Assembly: GCA_973895155.1 (NCBI GenBank)
Contig: OZ316893.1
Coordinates: 28,344,210-28,408,209 of the forward strand
DNA: 64,000 nt
Reading direction: 5' to 3'
DNA from: Marsupella aquatica
Lineage: Eukaryota; Plantae; Marchantiophyta
Shown: positions 60,666 through 64,000 of the stretch, piece after piece
Numbering within the stretch: the stretch's first letter is position 1
Layout of the letters: each line of letters begins with the position of its first letter
Translations under genes and position numbers: made by a program
Notes under the pieces: model-generated
The model's input: only the letters and a program-made list of their open reading frames with translations
Databases searched by the model: none
What the model was told of the DNA's origin: nothing

Positions 60666-62271
60666 GTAACTTAGGTGTTTCAGTGCTTTCGCTGTAGGTT
60701 CGTTGAATCTTGGCGTTAAGATGTGGTGAGCAATTTTGCTAGTAATAGCAGTCCTGAAATAGCACCAGGAACAAGGGTTTTCTGTGGTGCTTGTGAATAT
60801 ACATTATCGTAGACTTTATGGCGGGCTCAAGTCTGCTGATATATTGTAATTTTACAATTTATTTTTTCACAAGTTTGATGTTTAGTTTGTTTATTACAGA
60901 TTTAAGGTTTAGTACATCTCTAAATAAGGTTTTTCTTGCACATATAATGGATTCTAATCATTCTGAACATTTGTAATTGCAGCTTGAGTTGGCTATGGAG
61001 GGCAGAGTGATGGAGGCATCACAAATGCATCTCCATCACAAGTGCATGAGTAAGATGGAGGAGAAAGTAAAAGGATAGAGAAGGGACATCAATAGGATTG
61101 GGATTGTGATTTAGGGTGAGATTTAGGATAATGAGTCTTGTCCTAATTGAATGTGAGTATTGAGTAATAGCAGACTATTATAGTGGCTATATGAAGAGAC
61201 TCAATGTAGTTAGAGGGATGAGTTGACCCTCTTGCATCATGTACTCTTTATTGTCTTTGTCTTTAAAATGAAATGTTACATATATGACATATTCCTCCTC
61301 TTTGTAAAGGTCTTTCGAAAGTGATTCATATGTCAATTGTAGTACTACCCCTAACCTAAATGTGATGTAGAATTGTATACTCAATAACATTGAAATAATG
61401 TTGGATTTTAGTATGGTATACTATATTGAAATGACAAACTAATTCCATTAGATCAGTTCAATATGGAATATAGGACTATGTATTGGTGTAAAGATAAATG
61501 AAAGATGTTGAAACATTGATATAAAATGTCAAGTCGTACCCTCAAATAAATTATCCATAAACCTTAGAGATTATGCAAAGAAGATAAGGAAAACCAGTGA
61601 TATATGAGTGTCCAAAATATAATGTACAGATAATAAGTACCAATGACCCATGACATGTTAATGAAAATAAAGGTATTTATCATTGTCTTATCAACATTAG
61701 ATACCTATGATTATATTGATGAAGAAGAGATGCTGGTTTATTGATGTATTGTCAATGAAATTCTATTTGATCCCTGATGTTTGGACGGTTGAAACTACAT
61801 TGTTATACTACATTGACCACATATTGATCTGTCAATGAAAGTCTATTAATTGAAGAATGGTTTTTATTACCAAATGTATTGAAAATACATTGTTACACTG
61901 TCCATACAATATTGACCAAACATTGATCTAACAATGAAAATATAATGATCCAACAATGTATTTCATTGTAGAATCATGCAAGAATAAACGTGGAATAACT
62001 TGACAATGAATCATCACGATGAGCCCAATGATTTGTTAATGTAATATTTTGTGAAAATTACAAAGCAATGAATCATTGTGGCACCCACAAATATCTAGTA
62101 ATGCCAGGTCAACATGATAACATTTATGATTTTACAGTGTATTCTTATCGCACCCTTCGTGAGTTTATAAATCATTGTTTAATTGCAAAATAATAGGAAC
62201 CCTAATTTCCTGATGTACATTCACAGTTGACGAGTCTTGGATTATTTGAGGAGCAGATTGATTGCAGGAGG

Positions 62272-62568
62272 CTCGGGGGTCTCACTATATGGGGACCTCC
62301 CCATCGCCTGCGACGTTTTTAGGCCTCGGACCCCCTAAAATGTAAGAAATTTTTTTTATTTTTTAACCACTATAAAGTTGGAATATTCTTGAAATATTCT
62401 AAAAATTGGATTAAAAAGACCCTAATGTTCTTATAAGTCTCAAAATTGAATTTAAAAGACCCTAGTGTTCTTCTACAAAAATTCTTAAGTCTTCCCTTAG
62501 AACCAATAAAATGACCCTATCCTTCGTCGCACGTGATATGCCATTTTTGTGGAAGTGAGACCCCCGAG
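62272..62568. mobile_element. 297-bp MITE with perfect 15-bp TIRs and 8-bp TSD, present only in copy B
   Basis: CTCGGGGGTCTCACT...AGTGAGACCCCCGAG flanked by GCAGGAGG (62264-62271 and 62569-62576). Empty site with a single GCAGGAGG at 18337-18344. Confidence 0.97.
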
Positions 62569-64000
62569 GCAGGAGGGCGATATCCCCATGGCAACCCCAT
62601 CGAAAAAGTTAATGGGGAAAGCTGTATGAAGCAAGTGAAAGACCCCTCACGGGTGGAATTGAAGATGCTTTTCCAGCTTGTCAATTAAAAAGCAAGGACC
62701 TGATCCGTGAGAACTTGAAGCCAGGATGGACCTTCAAGTATGCTGAAATGCTGATGTAGATTTGAGCAACCCGGATGGACCTTGCCAAACGTATTATTTG
62801 ACACGGATGACACTCTCTACATTTCAGTCCTAAAACTGACCTGTTACGGGTTGTAGAGGGTGGTCATTGTTGGGAAGCTCATCAGTTTGTCACTGTTCAT
62901 GAGCGGGAGGGTGGTCATTGTTGAGAACCTCATCAGTTTGTCACTGATCATGAGCTGGTCAGCTGCAAGCTTATGCCATGATAGTTTAAAAAAAAACAGC
63001 ATTTTACTAACCTGTCCCCTAAACTACCCAATACTATGAACTTGTTTCCCATTTTGTATTTGGGTTAATATTAACTCTTGTATGGGTTATAACCCTAAAC
63101 CCTAAACCCTAAACCCTGTATATATCTTCCTCTCACTCTGCGTGCAATGAGCCCGGTCTTCAGGCCATTTCAAGGTATTTAGGGAGCCTGTACAATGTCA
63201 TATCTTCTCTGCACAGCGCGTGCAATGAGGCCGGTCTTCAGGCCTGTATATATCTTCTCTCCACAGCGCATGCAATAAGGCCTGTACATATCTTCTTTGC
63301 ACAGCGCGTGCAATGAGACCGGTCTTCAGGCCATTTCAGGGTATTTTTTATATATACATTTTCGTGCAGCCCAGTGATCGCAATGCCCGGTCTTTGCGGT
63401 CTTTTTCGTGGTCTTTTTGCCACGAGTGCCCGAAAAAGACCGTCCTGCCATGAAAATACAAAGGAACCAACATTACAAAGCAAGTGGATCTCTACACAGC
63501 ACGTGCAATGAGGCCGGTCTTCAGGCCATTTCAGGGTATTTAGGGAGCGCGGTGCATGGTCTCCTACATGCAGTGCACGGTCTCAACGTTTCAACATTTG
63601 GACTCCCCACAACATTATTGTTCAAACCTGTATATATCTTCTCTGCACAGCGCGTGCAATGAGGCCCGTCTTCAGGCCATTTCAGGGTATTTAGGGAGCG
63701 CGGAGCATGGTCTCCTACATGCTGTGCACGGTCGAGGGAGTTGTGTGTTGGGGTTGGGATGGGGAGGTTGAGAGGAGTGTTTTGGGGGGTGGGGGGTTGA
63801 GGGAGTTGTGTGTTGGAGTTGGGTTGGGGAGGTTGAAAGTGTGGGGGGTTGAGGGAGTTGTGGGGTTGGGATGGGGAGGTTGAGAGGAGTGTTTTGGGAG
63901 AGGTGTGTGTTGAGTTGGGATTAGGAGGTTGAGAGTGTGGGGTGTTTAGGGAGTTGTGTGTTGGGGTTGAGATGGGGAGGTTGAGAGGAGTGTTTTGGGG

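Larger units (their letters stand above)
43838..64000 (+). repeat. Segmental/tandem duplication, copy B (runs off window end)
   Basis: Near-identical to 1..~19912 apart from scattered SNPs and four indels. Confidence 0.98.

Noticed and set aside
1-64000. Prokaryotic systems (operons, CRISPR-Cas, SMC-based Wadjet defence), tRNA or rRNA genes
   Set aside because: Spliceosomal introns, plant TEs and eukaryotic SMC2 motifs show plant nuclear DNA. No tRNA or rRNA was recognised.

Overview
Eukaryotic plant DNA, probably a bryophyte or other non-seed plant (inferred from TTTAGGG tracts, GT-AG introns and plant-type SMC2, RPL18a and PI-PLC fragments), from a repeat-rich, probably heterochromatic region. 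Two structures dominate. (1) A near-identical direct duplication with an initial offset of 43,837 bp (1..~19,912 recurs at 43,838..64,000). It carries a 3'-truncated SMC2 pseudogene, other decayed gene fragments, LTR relics, Helitron-like termini, minisatellites and short telomeric tracts. The copies differ by scattered SNPs, a 297-bp MITE, a deletion plus templated inversion, and repeat-number changes. (2) A complete 18,243-bp CACTA (En/Spm) transposon at 22,611..40,853 with CACTAGAAGAA TIRs and a GTG target-site duplication, inserted in a G-rich 121-bp satellite. Besides intact TnpD and TnpA-like genes it carries three intact, co-oriented, apparently intronless accessory ORFs upstream of the transposase: a Cys/His-rich ORF, a stand-alone EDM2-like PHD cassette, and a tandem BRCT protein resembling the DNA polymerase lambda BRCT. 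A captured RPL18a exon in the same element is decayed. This cassette is the best candidate for an undescribed system (TE-encoded chromatin reader plus repair adaptor). Protein identifications rest on motif recognition from memory, not database searches.
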